Source: Camelus ferus (lineage: Eukaryota). Taken from it: 64,000 nucleotides of DNA. The position numbers and the translations under genes are program-made. Of the stretch, positions 1-11,200 are shown piece by piece; position 1 is the first letter of the stretch, and each line of letters starts with the position of its first letter. The notes below the pieces were generated by a model. It was not told the DNA's origin. It ran no database searches and was given only the letters and a program-made list of their open reading frames with translations. Location: NCBI RefSeq assembly GCF_009834535.1, contig NC_045696.1:92816001-92880000 (forward strand), read 5' to 3'.

Positions 1-103
1 ATCCCAGCTCATTTACTCTACAGAGTACCTGTGATGTGGGTGGGTACAATAGGCTTCAGAAGAAGATATTTAGGCTCAGAGGCTTAGAGAGGCCCCCTCA
101 GTT

Positions 104-226
104 GGGCTGTTAGATGCTAACAAATAAAAATTCAGGAAATACTGTGTGGGACACATGTATCCAAAAAAAAAAAAAAAAAATCACTCATGGTTTATCTGAA
201 ATTTAAATTTAACTGGGTGCCCTGCC
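104..226. mobile_element. MER53-like hAT MITE, partial (one arm largely deleted)
   Basis: tttatctgaaatttaaatttaactgggtgccctg and gctaacaaataaaaattcagg resemble the MER53 arms as recalled. Confidence 0.65.
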
Positions 227-504
227 TGTAACCTTCCCAGGATCACAGTGAGTAGAGGAGAAAGCTGGCGCTTGGACTTCCCTCCTTTCACTTCGGAGCC
301 CAGGCTTTCACTTGTTACTCTGTGCTGTTTAAGAAATCAGAGGAACCCAGGTGTGAAAAGGACGAGGAAAGTGCTGTCACATAGGCCGTGAAGTCCATCA
401 CTCATTGTAAACTTAGAAGCTGAACTCAGAGACACTTTTCTGTCTCACCTGATTTGTGAAAGATAACTCCATATTAGGTCTAATGTTTAAAAATGGAGAA
501 AACT

Positions 505-2901
505 GGAAATAAAGCCCTTGTCAGTCTCATCATTTGCAGATATTTTCTTCCAATCCGTAGGCTTTTTATTTTGCTTGTGGTTTCCTTTGCTGTGCAAAAC
601 TTGTAAATTTAATTTGATTTCATTTATTTATTTTTGCTTTTATTTCTGTTTCCTGCCTAGGAGAACATTGCTAAGATTTATGTCAGAAACTGTTTTGCCT
701 GTGTTTTCTTCTAGGAGGTTATAGTGTCTTGTCTTATGTTTAAGTCTTTAAGCCATTTTGAGTTTATTTTTGTGTATGGTGTGAGGGAGTGTTCTAACTT
801 TATTGATTTATATGCAGCTGTCCAGTTTTCCCAACACAACTTGCTGAAGAGACTGTCTTTACTCCATTGTGTGTTCTTGCCTCCTTTGTCAAAGATTAAT
901 TGACCACAAGTCTGTGGGTTTATTTCTGGGCTCTCTATTCTGTTCCATTGATCCATGTCTGTTTTTGTGCCAATACCATGCCATTTTTGATTACTATAGT
1001 TCTGTATTATTGTCTGAAGTCTGGGAGGGTTATTACTCCAGTTTCTTCTTTTTCTTCAGTATTGCTTTAGCAATTCTGGGTCTTTTGTGATTCCATATAA
1101 ATTTTAGGATTATTTGTTCTAGTTCTGTGAAAAATGTCCCAGGTAATTTGATACAGATCGCATTAAATCTGTAGATTGCTTTGGGTAGTATGGCCATTTT
1201 AACAATATTAATTCTTCCAATCCAAGAGCATAACATATCTTTCCATTCTTTAAGTCATGTTTAATTTCCTTAATCAGTGTTTTGTAGTTCTCCACATATA
1301 AGTCTTTCACTTCCTTGATCAGATTTATTCCTAAGTTTTTTTTTTGGATGTGATTTTAAAAGGGATTGTTTCTTTACTTTCCTCTTCTGGTATGTCATTA
1401 TTAGTAACAATGCAACTGATTTCTGTATGTTAATCTTGTATCCTGCAACCTTGCTGAATTCTTTTATCAGCTTTAGTAGTTTTTGTATGGAGCCTTTGGG
1501 GTTTTCTATATATAGTATCGTATCATCTGCATATGGTGACAGTTTTACTTCTTCTCTTCCAATTTGGATCCCTTTCATTTCTTTTTCTTGTCTAATCGCC
1601 ATGGCTAGGACTTGAATAGAAGTGGTTAGAGTTGGCATCCTTGTCTTGTTCCAGATTTTAGCAGAAAGGATTTTAGCTTTTCACTGTTGAGTATTATGTT
1701 GGCTGTAGGTTTGTCATAAATAGCTTTTATTATGTTGAGATATGTTCCCTCTATACCCATAAGAGTAAGAGTTTTTATCATAAATTGGTGTTGAATTTAT
1801 CAAATGCTTTTTCTGCATCTATTGACATGATCATGTGATTTTTGTCTTTTCTTTTGTTGACATGGTATATCACATTGTTTGATTTGCATATGTTGAACCA
1901 TTCCTATGTCCGTGGGATGAACCTAACTTGATCATAGTGTTTAATCTTTTTTATGTGTCATATACAAACAGAATATATAAACAGCTCGTACAACTTAATA
2001 ACAAAAAAAACCCCAAAACAATCCAAAAATGGGCAGAAGATCTAAACAAGCAGCCAGTGAAGACAACATACAAATGGCCAATAGACACATGAAAAAATGC
2101 TCAATATTGCTAATTATCAGAGAAATACAAATCAAAACTGCAATGAGGTGTCACCTCACACCAGTCAGAGTGGCCATCATTTAAAAGTCCACAAACGATA
2201 AATGCTGGAGAGGCTGTGGAGAAAAGGGAGCCCTCCTACATTCCCGTTGGTGGGAATGTAGTTTGGTGCATCCATTATAGAAAACAGGATGGAGGTACAT
2301 TAAAAAACTAAAAACAGACGTATCATATGATCCAGCAATCCCACTCCTGGGCATGTATCCAGAGGGAGTTCTAATTTGAAAAGATACATGCACCCCAGTG
2401 TTCAAAGCAGCACTATTTACAATAGCCAAGACATGGAAGCAACCTAAATGTCCGTCGACAGATGTCTAGGTAAAGAAGCTGTGGTATATTTATACAAGGG
2501 AATACTACTCAGCTATAAGAAAGAGTAAAATAATGCCGTTTACAGCAACATGGATGGACCTGGAGAATGTCATTCTAAGTGAAGTAAGCCAGAAAGAGAA
2601 GAAGAACACCACATATCACTTATATGTGGAATCTGAAAAAACCAAAAACCAAAAACCAAAAAACAAAAACACAAGTGAACTTATTTATAAAACAGAAACA
2701 GACTCACAGACATTGAAAACAAACTTACGGTTGCCAGAGGGTAAAGAGAGTGGGAAGGGATAAATTGAGAGTTAGAGATTTGCAGATACTAACTGCTATA
2801 TATAAAATAGATAAACAACAAGTTTCTTCTGTATAGCACAGGGAGCTATCTATATTCAATATCTTGTAGTAACCAATAATGAAAAATAATATGAAAATGA
2901 A
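505..2901 (+). mobile_element. LINE-1, 5'-truncated with 5' inversion: ORF2 segment inverted (505-~1958), ORF2 end plus 3'UTR in sense (~1970-2901); ORF2 disrupted
   Basis: ORF track gives L1 ORF2 peptides on - ([49 protein letters not shown]) and on + (MPFTATWMDLENVILSEVSQ); 16-bp TSD AAAAATGGAGAAAACT at 489-504 and 2902-2917. Confidence 0.93.
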
Positions 2902-4039
2902 AAAAATGGAGAAAACTAATAAAAGATATTTACTACATGCCAAGTACTGTGCTAGACTAACTTATGTGAAAAAAGCCCTGGTCTTTTCAAATGAGGGTTT
3001 CAGGTAGGAAGTTAAAGATCCTAAAGCTGTCTGTTTGTTGAGGTGACCCATCAGGGGAAGACCCATTGCCCCCAGCCAAAGCCTGTTGGCCTAGAATTGA
3101 TATTATCTATGACCGTCTGCTGGGAGAATACTGGGGGAGTCATCAGGGGTGATGGAATCTTCATCCAGTGCCCCTGCTGACCTTACATTAGGTGGTCATG
3201 ATTTTTTTTTAATGGACTGTGTAGGTTATTTGCTGCTGCTGAAGAATTAGATATTTAATAAGGGGTGGGTGTTTCTGAGCTCTCAGAAAGTCCTAAGTGT
3301 TCCTTGCTGGTCAAATGTATACTCAGGGCCATGCCTCCTTCTCAGAAGCTTGCCTACCTGCCCTGTGCAGCTGCTGAGTGCTCAGGCTGGGTGCCTGGCC
3401 TGGCCCTTGAAGGTGCCTTAGAACCATTCAGGATACACCTGAGGCACTGGCCCTTGCTGTGGTGTGGGGCTCCACGTCTGATCAGTACACCAGCTTTTCC
3501 GGGGAGGATCCTGGGGAGCTTTGAGGGTGAGAGGGATGGAGTCCTTGTCTGGAGGAAAAGACTCCCTGTGCATGAGGAGGAGGAGCAGTAGTTTGCCACC
3601 TTCCCTCTCGTGAGCCTCCCTTCTGTTGGCATCACAAAATTGCTGTGGGGGAATCTTCAGAAGGAAAGAAAAAAAGAATAGGGGTTTTCCAAGCCTTCCT
3701 TGGGAGCACTTGGGTTTCCATTTCTTTTCTGGATTGACTGGGAAATGGCCCCAAGGATGCCTTTTGCTTTTGAGGTTGCTTTGGTTGTGGGAAGCTAAAG
3801 GAACTAGAAAATCATCACTTGGTGCCAATTATGTTACAGAAACACCATTGTCTTTTTGTATAAGACTATCTAGGAGTATTAATCATTTGAATTATTTCAC
3901 AGGAGTATTTCTGAGATATCTCATATTTTGGGGTGCCACTGTGTGCTCAAAGTACTGAATAGATTAAACAATGAAATCCACTGCTTTTCTGGGTCAATGT
4001 AAAGGGTTTCAAGGCTAATAACAATTTTATAACAATGAT

Positions 4040-4235
4040 AATATAAAATAATTGTGAGTCTAAGCACTTCCTGTGTATTAAAATTTTGCAATAACACTTG
4101 AAAGTGGAAACTATTATTATGCCTCCTGTACAAATAAAGAAACCAGGGAGCAGAGAATTTAAGTGACTTGCCCAAGATCACACATCTAGTTGGTGGCAGA
4201 GTTAAGGATTTGAACCTAGGCAAATGGGTTCAAAA
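4040..4235 (-). mobile_element. MIR SINE
   Basis: MIR core reverse complement aagtgacttgcccaagatcacacatctagttggtggcagagttaaggatttgaacctagg. Confidence 0.85.
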
Positions 4236-4699
4236 AGTTTATCTGCTGTTTTGTATAGTTGTGTATGTATGTATGTCAGATAAAATCTTGCTGGAAGGCT
4301 ATTTTAATTATATGTACCCCCACCACACCTTTGAAATTCAAATTTCTTTCAAGTATTTAAGAGTGAATTGTAGGGTTTGCAAAATGGCTGAGAGGTATGC
4401 CATTTGGGAAACTGGTGAATGGGAGCTGGCATAAAGCTTGGCACCTTAGAGGAGAAGGCCGGTTTGGCAGTCTGGGCTGGGTGGTCCTGATGGGAATAGA
4501 GTAAAGGGGTTGACACCGGCATGGGAAGTATTGGGAGTCACAGGGGCCACAGCTGAAGCTGGGGAAAAGAAAATAGTAACAGCTGTTGATATTAGACAGA
4601 AAATTTTGAGAGTAAGGGAATGAACCCTCAGGATGGAGAGAACTAGTTATAGCACTTAAATGCAAGACGACAGTAAATTGCTTTTGAAGTATCTACCTA

Positions 4700-5673
4700 T
4701 CTACCAGTCTATTAAGTTGATTAAAACATGCAAATAATGCTTTTATGTACTTCAGGGAAAATTGTATTCTGATAACACAGTGATTCATTCACTAAAACTG
4801 GCTTTTTCAGACCCATTCATGCTACCTACCTTGCCCACGGGGATGTGATCTTTTACTGAGAAGTAGCCCTCACTGCCCAAGTGTTTTGTAACTGTAACCT
4901 CATAAATTCTAAGTTCGAAACACTCCTGTCCTTTCTGTGATGATTGCTGTATTTGTGTGTGGAATCAGGACAGAAATCAAGGAAAAGCTTCAACACTGTC
5001 AATACACACGTGCTTAACCTGACCGGCACAAATGCGGCATGTGATGTAGAGGACCACACGTAGCTTATTCTTCAGTGGATTGTTTTTGCCGCAAATGGAG
5101 TGTTGTTTGCTTCCGAGAGAGTGTGCGTGTCTGTGTGTGTGCTTCTGTGTGTGTGCTTCTGTGTGTGTGCGTGCATTCAATTTTTGCATTCAGCCTGCGT
5201 CACTACCATGGTAATCAATGTTTCTCAATGGCCTCTGTAGGTGAGGAGGGTTTCTTTGATGGTTAAAGATCTACACTTCCCAGACATTAAATGTGCATAA
5301 TGCCTTGAGGGCTTTAAGCGCTGCTGTAAGCATGCATGTCTCATACCCAAAGTAGCCACAGCGCCTGCATTCCCACAATAGCGGCAGCCCTGAGCAGATG
5401 CTTCCAGTGTTCTTATCTGGCTGTGCTTTTCACTTTGGGACAAAGTTCTATAATCATATCTCATGGATTTATTTTTTCCACACTGTAAAGCCTGAATTGT
5501 GAAGATCTCATCATGCCATAAAGGGCAGCATGAGTCAAGTTCTTGGGGCTGCTAAGGATTTCTTTGCCTTTTTTTCCCTTTTTCCTTTTTGGAGATGTGT
5601 ATCAGGAAAAGGCTTTGCCTTTAGAGAGAAATTTTACTGCTCTTGCCAATAATGTGTAACAGTATTAAATTTA
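4700..5673 (+). promoter_or_regulatory. PLCH1: Putative alternative promoter / 5'UTR of the PLCH1 MADLEV- start exon
   Basis: Interspersed-repeat-free kb directly upstream of the initiator ATG, with locally more CpG; E-box CACGTG 5007-5012, TGCGTCA 5196-5202, AP-1 TGAGTCA 5531-5537; TSS not determinable from sequence. Confidence 0.6.
5120..5175. repeat. Interrupted (GT)n microsatellite (GTGTGTGTGCTTCT-type units)
   Basis: gtgtgcgtgtctgtgtgtgtgcttctgtgtgtgtgcttctgtgtgtgtgcgtgc seen directly. Confidence 0.9.
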
Positions 5674-5716
5674 ATGGCAGACCTTGAAGTGTATAAAAAC
5701 TTAAGTCCAGAAAAAG
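5674..5716 (+). CDS. PLCH1: Phospholipase C eta-1, first coding exon (43 nt, MADLEVYKNLSPEK + first base of Val codon, phase-1 intron)
   Basis: ATG GCA GAC CTT GAA GTG TAT AAA AAC TTA AGT CCA GAA AAA G|GTAAGA; 14 residues identical to the human PLCH1 N-terminus as recalled (MADLEVYKNLSPEKVERCMSVM); in-frame upstream stop TAA at 5650-5652; too short for the ORF track. Confidence 0.93.
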
Positions 5717-7659
5717 GTAAGAGTCATACTACCAATTTTAAGGTAAGTGTAATAGTCCTAGTAAAAGATGCTATACATTTCTTGTTTTATTTCATGTTTT
5801 GAAGATTTATTTGAATTCTTGACAACATATTTGAGATATTATATTTCAATATGAGATGAAAAATTAACAAACTATTTTTGATTAGATAAGTCTTTTTTCT
5901 TGCCATTATGAACTTTGATAATGGTAGAATTTGCATGCTGACAAATTGGAAGTGTTTCATTATAATAAAGTGATCAGTGACAAAACCATTTGCATTCTTA
6001 GATTTTAAGTCAAGGATACAGACAGGCTTAAAAAATCTCATTTGTCTGCTACTTAGAAATAGTGGGTTTTAATTTAAACATTGTCCAGTCTTAGTTTGAA
6101 TAATGAGGGTTAAAGCTCTATTTTAACTTCCTACAATAATCTGGACAAAATCATTCCCAATTTGTATCAATTAAAGAAAGTCATGATTAATGAAAATGAT
6201 TAGTTTTTGAAAATGAAATGACATAGGTATTCAGCATGGATAAAATGGAGGCAGAATCCACAGATCATGTTCCGAGAGCCTGTCTTGTCAGCTCTTGTGG
6301 CACGAAAGAAACATTCTCAAGTATGAGTTAGGAGACCAGAAATTTAAAATACATGGAGATTGCTTTTGAATTATAAGAACTGTTCCTGCCTGGCCAGACA
6401 GAATAAATGGCCTGTCAAGGAATGTCTTCCAAACTTACCTCCAAACTGAAATTTGTCTGTCATTTCAGATTATTCATGTGTGTCTACTCCGATGTAACTT
6501 TATCATGTCAGTGCTCCAGCTGAGAGCCTGTCTCCAGGTTGTTGCTAGTTGGTGGTATCCCCTTCAATGTGTCAGGTTCACAGAACCAGCATGGATGCTT
6601 GCTTTTTATTTGAAATACAAATTGAACCTTGGTTGAGGTTTTCTGAGTATAGATGAGTTTTCTAACCCTTAGGAAGGAGCTTTTATACAAACAGGGTAGG
6701 ACTTGGCTTACTCAGTATGCGGTTTGTCAGAAGGATTTTCCATTTAGAGTTCTAATGTATATGGAAACTCTTTTGTATGCTGAATGTGGGAGTCCACTGA
6801 ATTGCATAGCAAACTATCGGAATTGTCTCGCTTTACAGATCATGGAAGTAATGATGAAATGACTTCTATTACTTTTACCACATAAAGTAATCTTTAGGAT
6901 TACAGTCAAAATTAAGCTGTAATTCTTAAACATTATGGAAATTTGAATGAATTTTTCTAGTCATATAATGTTTTAAAGTTGATGTATGTAACGTATCTTG
7001 TTTGAAGGTAGGTGTAGTCATATACAGATGGTTTTACTAGAGATTCTTAAAATGAGCATGTATTTTATATTTTACTTAATAGAGTTTCAATTATTCATCT
7101 TAATGATTTATTTTGTCAAGTGAAAAATTTTCTTTATTGACTGTCCATCTTCGTATTAAAATCATCTTAGGGTAGCAAGACTTTTAAATAAATCTTTCTT
7201 ATGAATTTCAGCTCAATTTTAAGTAGAACCTCTTAAATTATACAGATCAACTCCACTTCCAAGTGTGTGAAATTAATAGGTTCTGAATTCTTATGAAATC
7301 TGAGTTGCATTATTAAGCAGTAATGTTAGTGGAAGTGATTTCAATTTATGGGGAAACAAAGTTGAAAAATGTTCGTTTGGAGCCAGGAAGACCAAGGAGA
7401 GGAAACCTGAGTTTTGCTGGTATATTCTTAGTCTTAAAACTGTCTAGTAGGTGTAAAACTCATGTCTGCTCCTATAACTTGTGTTTAAGCATATCCTTAG
7501 GAAATTATTATTACTGTTATTACTTGCCTCATAGTTTAATCCAACGTACTAAACCTCCAAATTAGAAGGCATCTTATTGATTCTTAAAACAACACTGAAT
7601 ATGTAATGGACCTGAATTGCACATAAGGCAAGTGGTTTATAATCTTGCCATGTCTAGAA

Positions 7660-7760
7660 ACCCCAATTTCCTTTTTAGTAACAAGATAACACTACGTTCT
7701 TGCTTACTTCACAAGGTTGTTATAAGGATTACTGGTACAATGTCTCTGAAAGCATTTGGA
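7660..7760 (+). mobile_element. MIR 3' fragment
   Basis: cttacttcacaaggttgttataaggatta...gaaagcattt resembles the MIR tail. Confidence 0.6.
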
Positions 7761-8303
7761 AGATGGCAGAGGACTACAGAAATGGAAAATGATATAGTCA
7801 TGGAAATAAGGATAATACATCTTTTGTCTACTTTAGTTGAAAAGAATTTGTATTTGTTCTGGAGTGCAAATCAAAAGCACTTTGACCTAGAACCTCGGTA
7901 CCATCTGCTACTAATTTTCCCCTTGGCTTAGTATAACCTACATGCCAGCAGTGTGCATGCTGTGTATGAATGCCTTATGGAAGGGCCGATGTCAGTGTAG
8001 GAGTGAGTCCTAGATTCCCAGAGCAGGAAGAAACCATAGCAATCTTTCTCTTTTTTTAAGGAGATAAAAACATAGGCTGCACAATTTTCTCTAAAACACA
8101 GAGCAGATCTTTGGCTGGAATTGAGCCCTCCAATTCCCAGATCATGATGACTGGACCCACTCTTTTCAAACACACAGATTTTTGCTTTTAGCAGATGCTA
8201 AATATTTAGATACTTGGGGTTTCTCTCATCTTATGTCATTTGAATTTCTTGTGTGAGGCCATTATTAAGGAGGGGAAATTTGAGAGTTTCTTGTGGAATT
8301 CTT

Positions 8304-8437
8304 TTTTTAAAATATACTTTTATTGAAGTATATTCAAAAAGATACATGCACCCCAATGTTTATAGCAGCACTATTTACAATAGCCAAGACATGGAAACAA
8401 CCTAAATGTTCATCGACAGATGACTGGATAAAGATCG
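8304..8437 (-). mobile_element. Very short LINE-1 insertion with inversion-deletion
   Basis: poly-T + ttttattgaagtata (L1 3' terminus, minus), then ~100 bp of ORF2-end sequence in plus orientation; TSD tgtggaattctt 8292-8303 / tgtagaattctt 8438-8449. Confidence 0.8.
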
Positions 8438-8489
8438 TGTAGAATTCTTAACTGGTAGTAATTAATAACCAAATATATCAAATATGAAA

Positions 8490-8945
8490 GATGTACTGAA
8501 TGCTTTATAAACAAGGTACTGATTGGGGATATGAAGGTGAATTCAAATTAACCTCTTTTTCCAGTAAATCATGATCTAGTACAAAGATATGTTCGTATCA
8601 CTGTAATTAAGATAGCACTACAATAGAGGAACATTCCACTGGTATCTTGAGCATGGAGAAGTCAGCAAAGGATTTCTGGAGGTGACATTTGAACTGAGCC
8701 TTGAAGGGTAAGAAGGATTATATCAGGTGGATGCGCAAGGACCAATAAAGACCTCACAGTCCCGGGTAAGAAATTTGGACATTCTCCAAGGAAAAAAAAA
8801 AGCAGATGGTTTTAAGCAGGGGAAAGATGAATCTGATTTGAATTTCAGACCTCTCTGACAACAGTTTAGAGAGTGATGAGAGGGAAGAGGCCAGAATGAG
8901 GGAGACCAGAAGGCTGCTGCACTAAACAGGTGAGAATATGGTGGT
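8490..8945 (-). mobile_element. L2 LINE fragments
   Basis: ggaggtgacatttgaactgagccttgaaggg and ttttaagcaggggaa...atctgatttg are typical L2 reverse-strand motifs. Confidence 0.7.
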
Positions 8946-9449
8946 CCTCAAGTCTCTCAGCTGAGATGCTCTTTCGGGAGGAAACACTGGGCTCTCGGTC
9001 TGCATTGGTGTCCTTTGCCCCTGGTCACAGCTGCCCTAGAATTCACACTGCTATTTCCTCTGCATACACATTTTATCCAGTCACTGCCCTGTAGTTGGGC
9101 TAAATTTGCTACATGTAATTGCCTTATATGAAATTGAACATTTATTCTTTAAGTTTGTGACCGCTTGTCCATTCAAGAGAATTGTGCCTAATTTGGAGCC
9201 TCTCCATTCTTCTTTTACAGACAACAACAACAAAAATTACTTACCCCAGAAGTGCAGAGAAACACAACTCCACCTTTTATAGCTTATGGGATGTTGGTTT
9301 CAATCTTGTCATGTTGCTTGCATAATCAGTCCAGATAAAACATTAAGGAGATTGGTGGCTATTTCTTGGCACTTAACTTTTGTTTTTGTTGAAAATGGCT
9401 ATTTCAAAAAAAAAATGGCTATTTCCTTATTTAATGAAAAGATGATACT

Positions 9450-9900
9450 CATGGTGCTGTGTACTTTGTTCTATTCCACTGATCTTTCAGTCTGTTTCTT
9501 GAACCATCTGTTAGGGCGAGTTCTCCATCACTCCATCACTGTTCTTATTCAAAAATTTTTGGCTCTTTTCATGTATTTACTATTCCAGATGAATTTTAGA
9601 AATAGCCTGTCTAGTCCCAAAAGTAATTTTGGGGGCATTTTTGGTTGGAACTGCGTTGCATTTATAGAATAACTGAGGAGAACCACCAGCATTAAGGTAC
9701 TGAGCCCACCCTTTCAGGAACACAGTAGACTGCACCATGGTAGGTCTTCTTTTTATGTCACTGAAGGTTGAGAGTTTTCTTCATGCACGTTGTCCACACT
9801 TCTTGCCAGGTTTAATTATAGTGGTTTTAGTTGGTATTGTGAATAGATCTCCTTTCAGTTACATTTTCTTGTTTTTGAAAGTAGTTAAAATTTAACCACA
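9450..9900 (-). mobile_element. Ancient L1 (L1M-type) ORF2 fragment
   Basis: ttccagatgaattttagaaatagcctgtctagt...ttggttggaactgcgttgcatttatag is a degenerate version of the ORF2 region seen at 1090-1180. Confidence 0.7.
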
Positions 9901-10584
9901 GTGGTACAGGAGAATTAGTACAAAAAGCAGAGTTCCCTCTCAGCCCTTCTACCTCTTTTCTAAATAAACTACTTTTAACTTTTTTACTATTGTTTTTATA
10001 GGGTCATAATGTTACTTTTGTATCTCTAAACGTGTACTTATGCTACTACTTAATGATACTCAATTTTTGATATTATCTATTGATTTTATTCTGTGGTGGA
10101 TGAGGAACTAACTCACCTGTACCACCACCATGTCTCTTTCAGATACTCTGTTGCTTACCTTCGTAACTTCGTGACCATTCACTTGTACTTTGTGTTTCCT
10201 GCTCTGCCAAATAGAAATACTCTGTGTAGTGGTCCCGGCACTCGCTTCTACCAATCCTTTCGGTCATCCCTGACTTTTCCTCCATATAGTAATTTTTTCA
10301 TTCTTTCTCTGTATTCATAATTACTCATTCCATGTTTTGATCATAGGTTGATTTTAAAAGTTTATTACCAGTAATCAAAGTTTATATACTATGACTGCAT
10401 ACATTTATATTATTTTGACTGTATAAATGCACACTGGAGCAAGGTAATTGCCTAAGATAATTTAAATTAAGGGTACTGCTTCAGAAGATGGTATCTGAGG
10501 AAAAGGACAGGTTCTGGAGATTTCTCTACCAGATGACAGCATCCAATTCATTAGAGAAAACTGAGTACCCGATAATTTGACAAC

Positions 10585-10745
10585 TAGCAGTCTTCATCAC
10601 ATCTCAGTGAGGCGAGTATAGCTTTGAGGTGTGGAATTTGATGTGCAGAGAGAGAGAATTAACTTGCCCTAGGTCATACGGCAATTGGTAGAGGTGACAT
10701 TTGAATCCTGTTGGCTGACTTTGGAGCCTGACTGCAGTCGCATTC
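10585..10745 (-). mobile_element. MIR SINE
   Basis: aacttgccctaggtcatac...ggtagaggtgacatttgaatcc...gactttggagcctg. Confidence 0.7.
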
Positions 10746-11134
10746 CCCCTCTTAGTGATATTACTATTTTCCTGGAGGTGGTCAGCTATGTAGGCAGGAA
10801 GCCATCCATTGGCTTCTCTGTAAAAAGTTTTCTGGTGTCTCTGTACAGGCATCTCAGTTTAACTTCTGCTTTCTGCAGATGCCTTTCCCCAGCCGACAGG
10901 TTGTCCTGACATTCCCTTGAATAAATGAACCTGCAAATGAGGACTTCCTGAGGAAGAGACAGAAAGAAGAATGTGTGGTAGATTACATGGGGGGTGGGGG
11001 AGGGAAGCACTGGGCTAAGAATGGTTTAGGGAGGGACCAGATCACATGAGGTTTTCGATACCTCCTTGAGTGTTGGGTCTGCATCTAATGAAGGGGAGAG
11101 GATGGTAAGCTTGGGAGTGAATGGGTGATAATAA

Positions 11135-11200
11135 AAGTAGTATTTTAAGAAGCAGAAGTAGTATTTTAGGAAAAAATAATGATATTTAAGGAAAAAAAGA
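11135..11200. repeat. Degenerate ~21-bp tandem repeat, 3 copies
   Basis: aagtagtattttaagaagcag / aagtagtattttaggaaaaaat / aatgatatttaaggaaaaaaag. Confidence 0.7.
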
